Below, in pieces: positions 26,993-36,529 of a DNA stretch of 64,000 nucleotides. The notes beneath the pieces are model-generated. The model was not told where the DNA came from. It searched no databases and saw only the letters and a list, made by a program, of their open reading frames with translations. A program made the translations under genes and the position numbers. The DNA comes from Candidatus Omnitrophota bacterium (GTDB taxonomy: Bacteria; Omnitrophota; Gorgyraeia; Zapsychrales; Zapsychraceae). Position 1 is the first letter of the stretch. Each line of letters begins with the position of its first letter. The stretch covers positions 3,563 to 67,562 of the forward strand of contig DATDQB010000010.1 of assembly GCA_035292445.1 (NCBI GenBank), given 5' to 3'.

Positions 26993-27420
26993 TAAAAATC
27001 CTCCGCCCCAAATGGTTGGATCTTTTTTCTCAAGGATTTTCTCTCGGCACGCTTATGCTTTTGCTCCAGGATCTCCTCTTTTAAGCCCTGCGGGCGTTTG
27101 CGCTGCTGCCTCTTTTTTTTCTCGGCTGCGTGGCGTATCTTAAGCTCTTCTTCACGCTTATAATGCTCGATCTTCTCGACCAGTAAATATCTGGCTTTTT
27201 GCCGGTTCAACGCCTGGGAGCGCTCGGCCTGGCATTTGACCTGAACACCTGTTGGGAGATGGTGGAGGACAACACAGCTGGCGACTTTGTTGACGTTTTG
27301 CCCGCCGGGGCCGGAAGATCTGATAAATTGCTCCTTGATATCATGGTCATAGATCTTAAGCCGCTTCATCTTTTTGCTTAGCTCTTTTTCTTTATCAAAA
27401 AATACTTCGGGACGGGCCAT
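26992..27420 (-). CDS. Peptide chain release factor-like (ArfB/YaeJ-type GGQ) protein
   Basis: FIRSSGPGGQNVNK, ERSQ..N, basic C-terminal tail; start moved to MARPEV. Confidence 0.85.
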   Translation of the reverse strand: MARPEVFFDKEKELSKKMKRLKIYDHDIKEQFIRSSGPGGQNVNKVASCVVLHHLPTGVQVKCQAERSQALNRQKARYLLVEKIEHYKREEELKIRHAAEKKKRQQRKRPQGLKEEILEQKHKRAERKSLRKKIQPFGAEDF

Positions 27421-27422
27421 GA

Positions 27423-28289
27423 TCACACGCTCCTGAGTTTCTGATAGAGAAGGGCGCACCAGCCTTCTCCCTGCTTGATCTGAAGGCATCTTAACGGCAG
27501 CGCCGAAAATTCTCTCTTTAAACGCGGCAGATTATTCTCCGAAATGCCCGAGACGGCCAGAAAGAAACGCGGCTTGACCAAACGCACAAGCTTTCGTTTG
27601 AGCTTGATCAGATCAAAGGTGATCAGATTGGCCGCGACAAAATCGAATTTTTTACGGGACGGAAAATCCTCAACCCCCGCTTTTAACACGCCCGATGCCG
27701 GAAAGCGGTTCTCCCTTAGATTCTTTTTGGCACTCCGGACCGCTTCAGCACTGTTATCAATAGCGCGGGTCTCTTCGGCCCCGCAGGCATAAGCCACTAA
27801 CGAAAGAATGCCCGAGCCGGTCCCCAAGTCTAAAAAGCTCTTAAATTTGCCTTTGGAGCGTTCGATTATTTCGGCCATGAACCGCGTGGTCGGATGAAGC
27901 CCTGAGCCGAACGCCCCCTGGGGATCAATCAAAATATCGTGAAGGCTTCTTCCTTGTTGATGTTTTTCCTTTTCCCAGGCCGGGATCACACGGATACGCC
28001 TGGTTAAAAGGAATGACTTGAAATCCGTCTTCCATCTGGAAAACCAATCATCCTTTTTCAGTTCCTTTATTTTCAACGACACATGCCGCAGGCCCAAGAC
28101 ATGGATCTTCTCGATCATTCGACCGGCCATTCGGGATGATTGGAAATAAATGGATAAATGGCAAAAAGGGCGCTCCTCGACCTCAACGATATTTTGAACG
28201 GGGATCCCCTGGCGGATAAGCACGTTCTTGATCAACGCTGCTGCTGCCGCGGAAGGTTTCTTTGTTGTGATGACGAGTTCGAAAAGCAA
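27423..28289 (-). CDS. prmA: Ribosomal protein L11 methyltransferase
   Basis: DW...WK..F, IDP..AFGSG.HPTT, LDLGTGSGILS, AANL, SGI. Confidence 0.88.
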   Translation of the reverse strand: MLFELVITTKKPSAAAAALIKNVLIRQGIPVQNIVEVEERPFCHLSIYFQSSRMAGRMIEKIHVLGLRHVSLKIKELKKDDWFSRWKTDFKSFLLTRRIRVIPAWEKEKHQQGRSLHDILIDPQGAFGSGLHPTTRFMAEIIERSKGKFKSFLDLGTGSGILSLVAYACGAEETRAIDNSAEAVRSAKKNLRENRFPASGVLKAGVEDFPSRKKFDFVAANLITFDLIKLKRKLVRLVKPRFFLAVSGISENNLPRLKREFSALPLRCLQIKQGEGWCALLYQKLRSV

Positions 28290-28295
28290 AAATTT

Positions 28296-29261
28296 TTAAT
28301 TTAATGGCGTTGCTTTTATGCCGTTTAAATATTCGTAGAAATCATTCTCGGTAGACAGCATTAAGGTGGTGCTTGTGTTGATCGTGCTGCGATAGGTCTC
28401 GAGTGTCTTCACAAACGAATAAAACTCAGGGTCTCTATTGTAGGCATCGGCGTAGATCTTGATGGCTTTGGCGTCCGCCTCCCCTTGGATCTCCTGGGCT
28501 GTCTTGTACGCCTCCGATTGGATTTGATTCAATTCTTTTTGCATGAGCCCTTCGATCTCCGCCTTTTCTCCCTGGCCTTCCGAGCGGTACTTCTCGGCGG
28601 CCCGTTTGCGCTCGGAAATCATGCGTTCATAAACTTTCTGGCGGACTTCCTCGACATAATTGATCCTTTTCAAACGCACATCCAACAATTCGATCCCGTA
28701 AGCCGTTATGGATTGACGGGCGCGTTCCCAGATCTTTTCGCTTAACTTATCCCGCCCGTACTCAATGGTCTCCAATTCGGTCTTGCCGAACTGTTCTTCC
28801 GGATCATCTGACAATTCCGCCTTGGCTTCTTCCAAAATGCGGTTGGAATTGCGGATAACTTCAACCAAACGATGGCTTGAAATGATGTCTCTGGTTGAGG
28901 CGTCGATAATATCGTCCAACCGCGTTTGTGCGGAGGCCTCGGTACGCACCGACTGCATGAATTTCAATGGGTCCACGATGCGCCAGCGGGCGGTTGTTTC
29001 CACCCAAATAAAACGCTTTTCCGATGTCGGGATCTGGTTAGGGTCACCGTCCCACTGCATCAGCCTTTTATCAAAATAGTTCGCCGTTTGGATCAAGGGG
29101 ATCTTAAAATACAACCCGGCCTTGGTAATGGGCTCTCCGATAAGCATCCCGAATTGCGTGACAACCACCTGCTCGGTTTCGTCGACCGTGTACATTGCCC
29201 CGCTGGCAACCAATAGAAGCGCTAATACGAAAACCGCAAAAAGAATATTGAGTCCCTTCAT
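28296..29261 (-). CDS. hflC: Protease modulator HflC
   Basis: SPFH domain; RMISERKR.A..YRSEG, AYNRDPEFYSF. Confidence 0.93.
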   Translation of the reverse strand: MKGLNILFAVFVLALLLVASGAMYTVDETEQVVVTQFGMLIGEPITKAGLYFKIPLIQTANYFDKRLMQWDGDPNQIPTSEKRFIWVETTARWRIVDPLKFMQSVRTEASAQTRLDDIIDASTRDIISSHRLVEVIRNSNRILEEAKAELSDDPEEQFGKTELETIEYGRDKLSEKIWERARQSITAYGIELLDVRLKRINYVEEVRQKVYERMISERKRAAEKYRSEGQGEKAEIEGLMQKELNQIQSEAYKTAQEIQGEADAKAIKIYADAYNRDPEFYSFVKTLETYRSTINTSTTLMLSTENDFYEYLNGIKATPLN

Positions 29262-30256
29262 TTTTCACCCCCTTCATTGATCTTTAGCAAGGGTAACACC
29301 GCGTTCGCCTTCGGCTCAAAAATATAAATCTTTCCGGCTTTAGGAATGACTTCTTCCAGCGTTTCCAGATAAAGCCGGCGCCGGGTCACGTCTTTGGCTT
29401 CCTTGTAAGCTTCCCACGTTTTGATGAATTTTGCGGCATCGCCTTCGGCCATTTTGACCCGGGCCAAAGCATAACCTTCAGCTTCCTTGATCGTTTTCTC
29501 CGCCTGCCCCTTGGCCCTGGGAATGACTTTGTTGTACGCCTCCCACGATTCGTTGATGACCTTTTCGCGTTCCTGCTCGGCCTGATTGACTTCATTAAAA
29601 GAAGTTTGTACGGCTTGCGGTGGAAGCACCTCCTGCAATTCCACTTTATAGATTTGTACGCCTGTCTGGTATTTGTCCAAAAGTTCCTGTAATTTATCTT
29701 TTGCTTCCAGGTTGATTTCATTTTTCTTCATGGTCAGCGCTTCCGTCACCGTATGATCGCCGATGACCTGGCGCATCACGGTTTCCGATAAATCACGAAC
29801 CGTCTGGCCGGGATCGCGCACATTAAAAAGCAATTGCACCGGATCCTTGATCTTGAATTGAACAATCCAGGAAACATCCAGCACGTTAAAATCGCCCGTA
29901 AGAAGCAAGGCCTCTTCATCAAAAGATTTCTGGGAATACCTTGTCTGAACGCCCGGCTGGTCGGTACGGAAACCAAACTCTTCCTTAAAGATGCGTTTGA
30001 CTTTAACTTTATCGAGTTTTTCAATCTGAAAGGGGAGTTTCCAATGAAGACCGGGTTCCGTTGTACGGACGTATTTTCCGAAACGCCGGATCACGCCGAC
30101 TTCATCCTGGTCAACGGAATAAAAAGAAGTAACGATAAAGAACAAAACAACAGAAAAAGCTGCTAATGGGACAATCCATTTATTCAGTTCAGAGATCCTC
30201 TGCCCGCCTTGTTTAAAAAGTTCTTCTGGTGTATCGGGAATGCGCCATGCCATCAT
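29258..30256 (-). CDS. hflK: FtsH protease activity modulator HflK
   Basis: RFGKY...EPGLHWK.P, LLTGD.N, VTRRRLYLETLE; upstream of hflC. Confidence 0.93.
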   Translation of the reverse strand: MMAWRIPDTPEELFKQGGQRISELNKWIVPLAAFSVVLFFIVTSFYSVDQDEVGVIRRFGKYVRTTEPGLHWKLPFQIEKLDKVKVKRIFKEEFGFRTDQPGVQTRYSQKSFDEEALLLTGDFNVLDVSWIVQFKIKDPVQLLFNVRDPGQTVRDLSETVMRQVIGDHTVTEALTMKKNEINLEAKDKLQELLDKYQTGVQIYKVELQEVLPPQAVQTSFNEVNQAEQEREKVINESWEAYNKVIPRAKGQAEKTIKEAEGYALARVKMAEGDAAKFIKTWEAYKEAKDVTRRRLYLETLEEVIPKAGKIYIFEPKANAVLPLLKINEGGEK

Positions 30257-30264
30257 GCCCTCCT

Positions 30265-31239
30265 TTATAAAATGACAATATTGTTACGCCCAGCCTTTTT
30301 GGCCGCGTACATCGCTTCGTCCGTCTGTGCGATCAGATCTTTGACGGAATTGATATCTTTTGAGGAACGACCGCTAATACCGATGCTAACGGTGCTGTAA
30401 ACGCCCTGTGACGGCTCGTTGGTTAACCGCTCAAATATCACTTTTAAACGCTGGGCCGCGATTTTGGCGTTCTTAGGGGAGGTTTCGGGCAAAATAACAA
30501 GGAATTCATCTCCGCCGTAGCGGCCCACGATATCCACTTCCCTTAAATTCTGCCGGATCAGATCAGCCGTTTCTCTTAAGACCGTATCCCCCCGCTGATG
30601 GCCATAGGCATCATTGATTTGTTTGAATTTATCCATGTCGATCATCATGCAGGAAAGGTCGAGATTATAGCGTTTGGCGCGCAAGAACTCCTCTTCCAAA
30701 CGATCCCGAATGGCGCCGTGATTGAGGACCCGCGTCAAGCCATCCGTTTGGGCCAGGCGTTTAAGATGCCGTTCATATTTCTTCTGGACCGAGATATCTT
30801 CAAAGGTGAAGATCGCGCGCCTAAAGTTCGTTTCGTGCTCTTTGGGAACGGCCACTTTCATTAAAACATCGAACGACTTCCCATCAAGGGTGCGGCTTTT
30901 GAACTCCCCCTGAAGAACTCTTCTTCCCTCCAAAATGCTGGCGAATATCTCCACCAGCACGACGGCCGCTTCCCGATGCAATGTTTTGTTTAAATTGACG
31001 ATAAATTCTTTCTTGTTGGCGGCCCCGTAAAGATTTAACGCGGCCCGATTCAAATGAATAATTTTAAGCTTTCTTAACGTTTCCAGGAAAATGCGCGGAT
31101 GTGTCCGTAAGTAGGTGCGGTATTTCGTTATTTTCTTTCTTTTAAAGGTCTGTTTAAGCCTTGCTAAGACGTTCAGATCCCGTTCCATGATGGCGATGGG
31201 AGCGTTATCAAAAATCATCTTATATCGGCTAAGATGCAT
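30265..31239 (-). CDS. PAS-like sensor + diguanylate cyclase
   Basis: TDGLT, DMDKFKQIND.YGH, REVD I-site, RYGGDEF; start moved to MHLSRY. Confidence 0.9.
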   Translation of the reverse strand: MHLSRYKMIFDNAPIAIMERDLNVLARLKQTFKRKKITKYRTYLRTHPRIFLETLRKLKIIHLNRAALNLYGAANKKEFIVNLNKTLHREAAVVLVEIFASILEGRRVLQGEFKSRTLDGKSFDVLMKVAVPKEHETNFRRAIFTFEDISVQKKYERHLKRLAQTDGLTRVLNHGAIRDRLEEEFLRAKRYNLDLSCMMIDMDKFKQINDAYGHQRGDTVLRETADLIRQNLREVDIVGRYGGDEFLVILPETSPKNAKIAAQRLKVIFERLTNEPSQGVYSTVSIGISGRSSKDINSVKDLIAQTDEAMYAAKKAGRNNIVIL

Positions 31240-31243
31240 TGGC

Positions 31244-31993
31244 TTATTTCTTCCCTTGGTTAGCAACCGCTGTCATGGCTTTCAAAAGGGCCTCTTGATC
31301 TCCCAAATAATAATGCTTGATGGGCTTTAACTTTTCATCAAGCTCATAGACCAAAGGAATCCCGGTGGGAATATTCAAATTGATAATGTCTTCATTGGAT
31401 ATGTTATCCAAATGCTTGACCAGCGCCCTGAGGCTGTTGCCGTGGGCGGCGATGATGACATTTTTTCCCGTTCGCACAACAGGGGCAATGGTTTCGTTCC
31501 AGTAGGAGAGAAACCGCTTCACCGTCAATTCCAGACTTTCCGTAGAAGGCAAATCTATTTTTTTCAAATCCTTATAGCGCGGGTCATGAAGCGGATGGCG
31601 TTTATCGCTTTCTTCCAAAGGCGGCGGCGGGACATCGTAACTTCTTCTCCAAATCAACACCTGTTCTTCACCAAACTTTTGCGCCGTTTCGGATTTATTT
31701 AAGCCCTGCAACGCCCCGTAATGGCGTTCATTCAATCGCCAAGAGCGGTGAACCGGGATCCACATCAAATCCATCTCATCTAAAACAATCCATAACGTGC
31801 GGATCGCCCTCTTTAAGACCGAAGTGAAGGCCACATCAAAGCTGAGGCCTTCCTTTTTTAAAAGCCTGCCCGCATCATGGGCTTCCCTAAACCCTTTCTG
31901 TGATAAATCGACATCTGTCCAACCCGTAAATTTATTTTCTTTATTCCACGTGCTTTCGCCATGCCGTAAAAGGACCAGTTTATAGGTCGGCAT
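31244..31993 (-). CDS. gpmA: 2,3-bisphosphoglycerate-dependent phosphoglycerate mutase
   Basis: [35 protein letters not shown]; AGGAG RBS before ATG 31993. Confidence 0.96.
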   Translation of the reverse strand: MPTYKLVLLRHGESTWNKENKFTGWTDVDLSQKGFREAHDAGRLLKKEGLSFDVAFTSVLKRAIRTLWIVLDEMDLMWIPVHRSWRLNERHYGALQGLNKSETAQKFGEEQVLIWRRSYDVPPPPLEESDKRHPLHDPRYKDLKKIDLPSTESLELTVKRFLSYWNETIAPVVRTGKNVIIAAHGNSLRALVKHLDNISNEDIINLNIPTGIPLVYELDEKLKPIKHYYLGDQEALLKAMTAVANQGKK

Positions 31994-32109
31994 TCTTACC
32001 ACTCCTCTCGATTAATATGAGTATTAATACTTATTACATTCTACACAATATTGGTGAAATTTGAATCTTTTTTGCGGGAATAGTGGGAAGTCTAAAAGTA
32101 GCTAATGAT

Positions 32110-32340
32110 TTAAGCTTTTCTTCTTCTTGAGGAGGCGCGTTTTTTGGCGGGATCTTTCTTTTTAGGAAGATGATAGTTCATCCAGGCTTTGGAAAAATGC
32201 ACAAGCCAATCCTCCGCCGCTTTTTCAAAGCCGATATCATAACCAGCCTTCTCGCTCTCGATCCAAAGATGGCGGTGGATCTCTTCGATGACTCTTTTGT
32301 CTTTTAACAGATAACTATTAGGCATACTCTTTTCATCCAT
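32110..32340 (-). CDS. Small conserved protein (DUF4032-like)
   Basis: EI.RHLWIESEKAG.DIG...A..DW pattern. Confidence 0.6.
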   Translation of the reverse strand: MDEKSMPNSYLLKDKRVIEEIHRHLWIESEKAGYDIGFEKAAEDWLVHFSKAWMNYHLPKKKDPAKKRASSRRRKA

Positions 32341-32371
32341 GCTGCAATTCTAACATCTTTCCTGTGGTTTT

Positions 32372-32470
32372 GTCAAACCCATTCAGATACCACAATAACT
32401 AACCTTAATAGGTATCTTCAGGGTTGACACTGAGAGCCCCGCCTACTGCGGGCGGGGCCGAATGTGTCAA
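32372..32470. repeat. Expanded copy of the 19709-19764 palindromic scaffold with nested hairpins
   Basis: gtcaaacccattc..tcagggttgacactgag..cgaatgtgtcaa, with nested gatacc/ggtatc and ccccgcc/ggcgggg stems. Confidence 0.6.
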
Positions 32471-32517
32471 ATACGCTTCTCAACCGGGCCGCCGACAAAA
32501 AACCACACAAAAATTCA

Positions 32518-33318
32518 TTATTTATCGAGGCTTACATAGGCTTGGTCTTCCAGAATTTGACGAATCGTGGCAATACTGGCCTCCAAAAACGTCTGCCCTG
32601 CCCGGGGTTCGCCCCTATAGGCTTCCCCCTCAAACATTTGTAAACGCCCAAGAAGTCTCTGGCGCTCGTCTTTCGATACGCCTAACTGGCTGAACCGCCC
32701 TCGAGCATTCAACTGGTGGCTAATCAAAATTTTATTCACCAGCGTGGAAGCCTCAAGCAACTCTAACGATGACTCTTTTCTTTTTTCATTGATTTTAACA
32801 ATGCCCTCAGAAAATAACCTGAGCATAGAATCATCCAGTTGCTCTTTAAAAACAGCCTCGTAGATTTGGGTAATCAGCGCCCGCTCTTCATTATTAAAAG
32901 CCACTTGATCGTTAACAAATCGGGTAAACAACTGCACAACTTTCAACATAAGCCCGTTATCGGATCGGTCAAATTTCTCGATTAAGTTGCGCGCAATGCG
33001 CAGATTCACATTGGCCATGATCAGCCTGTCCTTTTCCCCTGCCAACGCATTCAAATCCTTGAATTTCTCCTCGCTCAATGGCGACATGTTCTTTTTGGCC
33101 TGGTCGTTTTGATAAAGATACTCCAGTCCCATCAAATACGTCTTCACGAATTCATACTTTTCTCCGTCGGGATTGTTCAAAGCAAACTGGGCCGCGTCTT
33201 CCGGTATTTCCTGAGCAAAAGTTGTCGCGACAAAGCAAAGCACCAGCGCGAAAAAAAGGACAAAAAAAGCAGCCTCTTGAAGAAGCTGCCTTTTTTGTCG
33301 GTACTGTTTGAATTTCAT
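32518..33318 (-). CDS. Exported hypothetical protein
   Basis: Signal peptide ending TFA|QE; translationally coupled to fbaB. Confidence 0.65.
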   Translation of the reverse strand: MKFKQYRQKRQLLQEAAFFVLFFALVLCFVATTFAQEIPEDAAQFALNNPDGEKYEFVKTYLMGLEYLYQNDQAKKNMSPLSEEKFKDLNALAGEKDRLIMANVNLRIARNLIEKFDRSDNGLMLKVVQLFTRFVNDQVAFNNEERALITQIYEAVFKEQLDDSMLRLFSEGIVKINEKRKESSLELLEASTLVNKILISHQLNARGRFSQLGVSKDERQRLLGRLQMFEGEAYRGEPRAGQTFLEASIATIRQILEDQAYVSLDK

Positions 33319-34367
33319 TAAGCGACGGTTACGTCTTTGGATAAATAAACGTCCTGAATGGCGTTTAAAAGCTTAACGCCTTCGTTCATCGGCCGCTGGA
33401 ACGCTTTGCGCCCCGAAATAAGCCCCATGCCGCCGGCACGTTTATTGATAATGGCCGTCTTAACGGCTTCCTGAAAATCGTTGTCCCCGGAAGCGCCGCC
33501 GGAATTGATCAACCCGATCTTGCCCATATAACAGTTGGCCACCTGATAACGGCACAGATCGATCGGATGATCGCTGGATAATTTCTCATAAACAAACTTG
33601 TGGGTCTTCGCAAATTTAATGGCGTTAAAGCCGCCGTTATTTTCCGGAAGCTTTTGCTTGATGATATCCGCTTCGATCGTCACGCCTAAGTGGTTCGCTT
33701 GGCCGGTCAGATCCGCGGCCACATGATAATCCTTATCCCCTTGCTTGAAGGCGTTGTTCCTTAGATAACACCAAAGGACCGTAAATAATCCCAACTCATG
33801 CGCCCATTTGAATTGCTGGCTGATCTCCTCGATCTGGCGGGAGGATTCCTCGGACCCGAAATAAATCGTGGCCCCGACCGCAGCCGCACCCATGTTCGCG
33901 GCCTGTTCGGCATCCCCAAAAAGCCGCTGATCATATTTATTCGGGTAGGTCATGAGCTCGTTATGATTGAGTTTAACGATAAACGGAATTTTTTTGGCGT
34001 ATTTCTTGGAGCATAACCCCAAAGCGCCCAGCGTCGATGCAACACCGTTACAGCCGCCTTCGATGGCCAATTTAACGATGTTTTCCGGATCAAAATATTC
34101 CGGATTCGGCGCGAAAGATGCACCAGCGGTGTGCTCGATACCCTGGTCCACCGGTAAAATGGATAAATAACCGCTGCCGCCCAGACGCCCGTGCTTGTAG
34201 AGCCGCTTCATGTTAGCTAATACCTTTTCACTACGGTCGCTGTGCGAAAAGACGCGCTCGACAAAGTCGCCGCTGGGAAGCGTTAATGATTCTTTGGGGA
34301 TGGTTTGGCATTTATGTTTAAGCAAATTTTCGGTATCATTACCCAAGTAGTCAAGTACATTGCTCAT
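33318..34367 (-). CDS. fbaB: Class I fructose-bisphosphate aldolase
   Basis: [49 protein letters not shown]. Confidence 0.95.
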   Translation of the reverse strand: MSNVLDYLGNDTENLLKHKCQTIPKESLTLPSGDFVERVFSHSDRSEKVLANMKRLYKHGRLGGSGYLSILPVDQGIEHTAGASFAPNPEYFDPENIVKLAIEGGCNGVASTLGALGLCSKKYAKKIPFIVKLNHNELMTYPNKYDQRLFGDAEQAANMGAAAVGATIYFGSEESSRQIEEISQQFKWAHELGLFTVLWCYLRNNAFKQGDKDYHVAADLTGQANHLGVTIEADIIKQKLPENNGGFNAIKFAKTHKFVYEKLSSDHPIDLCRYQVANCYMGKIGLINSGGASGDNDFQEAVKTAIINKRAGGMGLISGRKAFQRPMNEGVKLLNAIQDVYLSKDVTVA

Positions 34368-34472
34368 GTGTTTCTCCTTATCTTATTACTTAGATATTTC
34401 CTAAATTTCTCCCAACATTTTATTCATTTCCTATTCAAAAGCAAGAAAAAATTTCAATTCCCTATGCTTTCG

Positions 34473-35015
34473 TTAAGCCCCGTTCTTCAAAAAATAAAGA
34501 CCGGCGAATATCTTAGGCTCAAGAAGATAGCCTTTCTTTTCTTTTTGTTTCAGCCACCTCTCGACGTTCGATAACGGCACTTCGTGGACCGTGATGTTCT
34601 CGGTGCTGTCGCCCCCGCCCTTGCCGGTCTTTTTAAGGCCGTACGCCCGGACCATCGTGACCAAATCAGAGGTGGAGCCTCCTGAAACCGGCCCGGTCAA
34701 AAACTTTTTCATGCGTTTGGCCCGGTATCCTGTTTCTTCGAACAATTCCCGAATGGCTGCTGACTCTAAAGATTCCCCTTTCAAGCCATGCTCATCGCTC
34801 ACCAATCCTGCCGGGAACTCAATCACTTTCTTTCTGACCGGGGGACGGTACTGTTCAACAAAAATCACACGATCATCGTCGGTTTTAGCCACGATAATGA
34901 CAATGCCGGTGCAGTTGCTTCGCTCAACAAACTCCCAACCGCCTTCTTTAACAAAACGGATATACCGCCCTTCATGCAGCACAACCCTTCGGCCTCGTTG
35001 ATTAGATTTTTTCAT
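34473..35015 (-). CDS. NUDIX hydrolase (ADP-ribose pyrophosphatase-like)
   Basis: EQYRPP, EFPAGL, AAIRELFEETGY Nudix box. Confidence 0.9.
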   Translation of the reverse strand: MKKSNQRGRRVVLHEGRYIRFVKEGGWEFVERSNCTGIVIIVAKTDDDRVIFVEQYRPPVRKKVIEFPAGLVSDEHGLKGESLESAAIRELFEETGYRAKRMKKFLTGPVSGGSTSDLVTMVRAYGLKKTGKGGGDSTENITVHEVPLSNVERWLKQKEKKGYLLEPKIFAGLYFLKNGA

Positions 35016-35038
35016 TCTTAATAATTTGGCTAGGGCGC

Positions 35039-35704
35039 CTACGGCGTTTCCAATTCAATGGAGGAAACACCTAATTCACATTCGATGTACTCAATATCTT
35101 CGGCCGTGGCGGGAATTAAATCGACTTCAACCGGATTCCACTTACCGCGGGCCAATTGCCCCTTAAAACTATACTTGGCGCCTGTTAACGACTCCCGCCA
35201 TTGATCAAAGGTTAAAGGGGAACCGGGCGTCCATTTCTTGCCCCAAACCAATCTTAAGGTAAAATCCCGGAAATCAGCATAATTAGGATTGCCGATCTGT
35301 AAGAAAAGACGGTACCCTCCGTTAACCGGCTGCATATCCTGGACATTAATAAAAAACATGCCCGTGGGGGTTTCGATTTTCTGGTAAGAGCGGTTATCGG
35401 GGCTCAGCTCGACGGTCTTGTTACTGATCCCCAGTAACCGTGATTCCAGGCTTTCCTCCAAATGCTCACTGTACTTCGCCAATCCTTCTTCAAGGTTTTT
35501 GGTATAATTGTTGATGCCTTGCTCCAGGCTGCCTGTGTAAGTCGCCAGCGAAGGCGGTAGTGTATCCAAGTACTCCTCAACAGCCCGTAAGCGGGCATCC
35601 AACTCTTCCACCGACGACTGTTGAGCAAAAACACCGCCTCCTGAAAATACGCCTGCCAGCACGGCCATAAGAACAATGGCTTGCATGAACATCTTTGCCT
35701 CCAT
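35039..35704 (-). CDS. Exported protein, C-terminus possibly DUF3251/YajI-like
   Basis: Signal peptide, coiled segment, then beta-rich 'GYRLFLQIGNP...W' region; family call is tentative. Confidence 0.55.
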   Translation of the reverse strand: MEAKMFMQAIVLMAVLAGVFSGGGVFAQQSSVEELDARLRAVEEYLDTLPPSLATYTGSLEQGINNYTKNLEEGLAKYSEHLEESLESRLLGISNKTVELSPDNRSYQKIETPTGMFFINVQDMQPVNGGYRLFLQIGNPNYADFRDFTLRLVWGKKWTPGSPLTFDQWRESLTGAKYSFKGQLARGKWNPVEVDLIPATAEDIEYIECELGVSSIELETP

Positions 35705-35817
35705 TTTATCTTGTAAAATCTTCTGTCATTTTACCCCCGAAGAAGGGCTGTGACAAGCGAATTAGCATCTTCGTAAAGTTAAGGAAATGAGGAAATCCGA
35801 CAATCGCCTAACGCAGA

Positions 35818-36474
35818 TTATTGTTCAACGGTTGCAGCGGCTGGTTCTTCTTCTGAAGCAGGAGCCGGCAATATTTCCGGTAGAGGGCCTACCGTCGATG
35901 CTGGAGGAGCTGTTAATTCTGTTATTTGCGTCCCTCCCAAATTAGCTCCTCGCCAACTGCGTATGGAAACAATATTTTCAAAAACCATTTTAATATCCCC
36001 GTAATAATATACAGAAAGATTTCCATCGTCGTCGGTTTCGTAGGATTCGGTGGGCTCGCCGTATTTTCTTTGGATCATGGTATACGTAATGTTCTCTCCT
36101 ATCAATTCCTTGCTCTCCAAGTCAAAACGCAGATCATCGACGCTTTTGGTATAGACTGTCTTCTTAAAGGTGTCGTACTCCCAGTCCTTCCAAACACGTT
36201 TGCGCTCGAAGATCAGGCGTAGATCTTCATAATCGTAAGTGATCCTTTTATCATCATCAAGGATATTGGGAGCATCTCCGTAGTCTTTTTGGATGTCCTG
36301 CAAGCGGGTTTTACCGATCTGAATCTTCCCTTCGAGAACGTCGCTCTTAAGCCGGGTAACGTCCTCGGGAGTTGCGATGACGCCTTTAAGGGCATGGGCG
36401 TAAGAAGACCCTATCAACAGAGCCAAGCTCACCGATAAGAATAAAATCAGGCTTTTTATTGAATTTTTAATCAT
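35818..36474 (-). CDS. Exported protein with two internal ~55-aa repeats
   Basis: Signal peptide AHA|; repeats '..IQKDYGDA...YDYEDLRLIFE' and '..IQRKYGEP...YYYGDIKMVFE'; P/A-rich tail. Confidence 0.6.
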   Translation of the reverse strand: MIKNSIKSLILFLSVSLALLIGSSYAHALKGVIATPEDVTRLKSDVLEGKIQIGKTRLQDIQKDYGDAPNILDDDKRITYDYEDLRLIFERKRVWKDWEYDTFKKTVYTKSVDDLRFDLESKELIGENITYTMIQRKYGEPTESYETDDDGNLSVYYYGDIKMVFENIVSIRSWRGANLGGTQITELTAPPASTVGPLPEILPAPASEEEPAAATVEQ

Positions 36475-36529
36475 TTTTTCATTGAACCAGGGGTATTATA
36501 ACACATCCTCTTAGGAGGGCATTAAAAAT

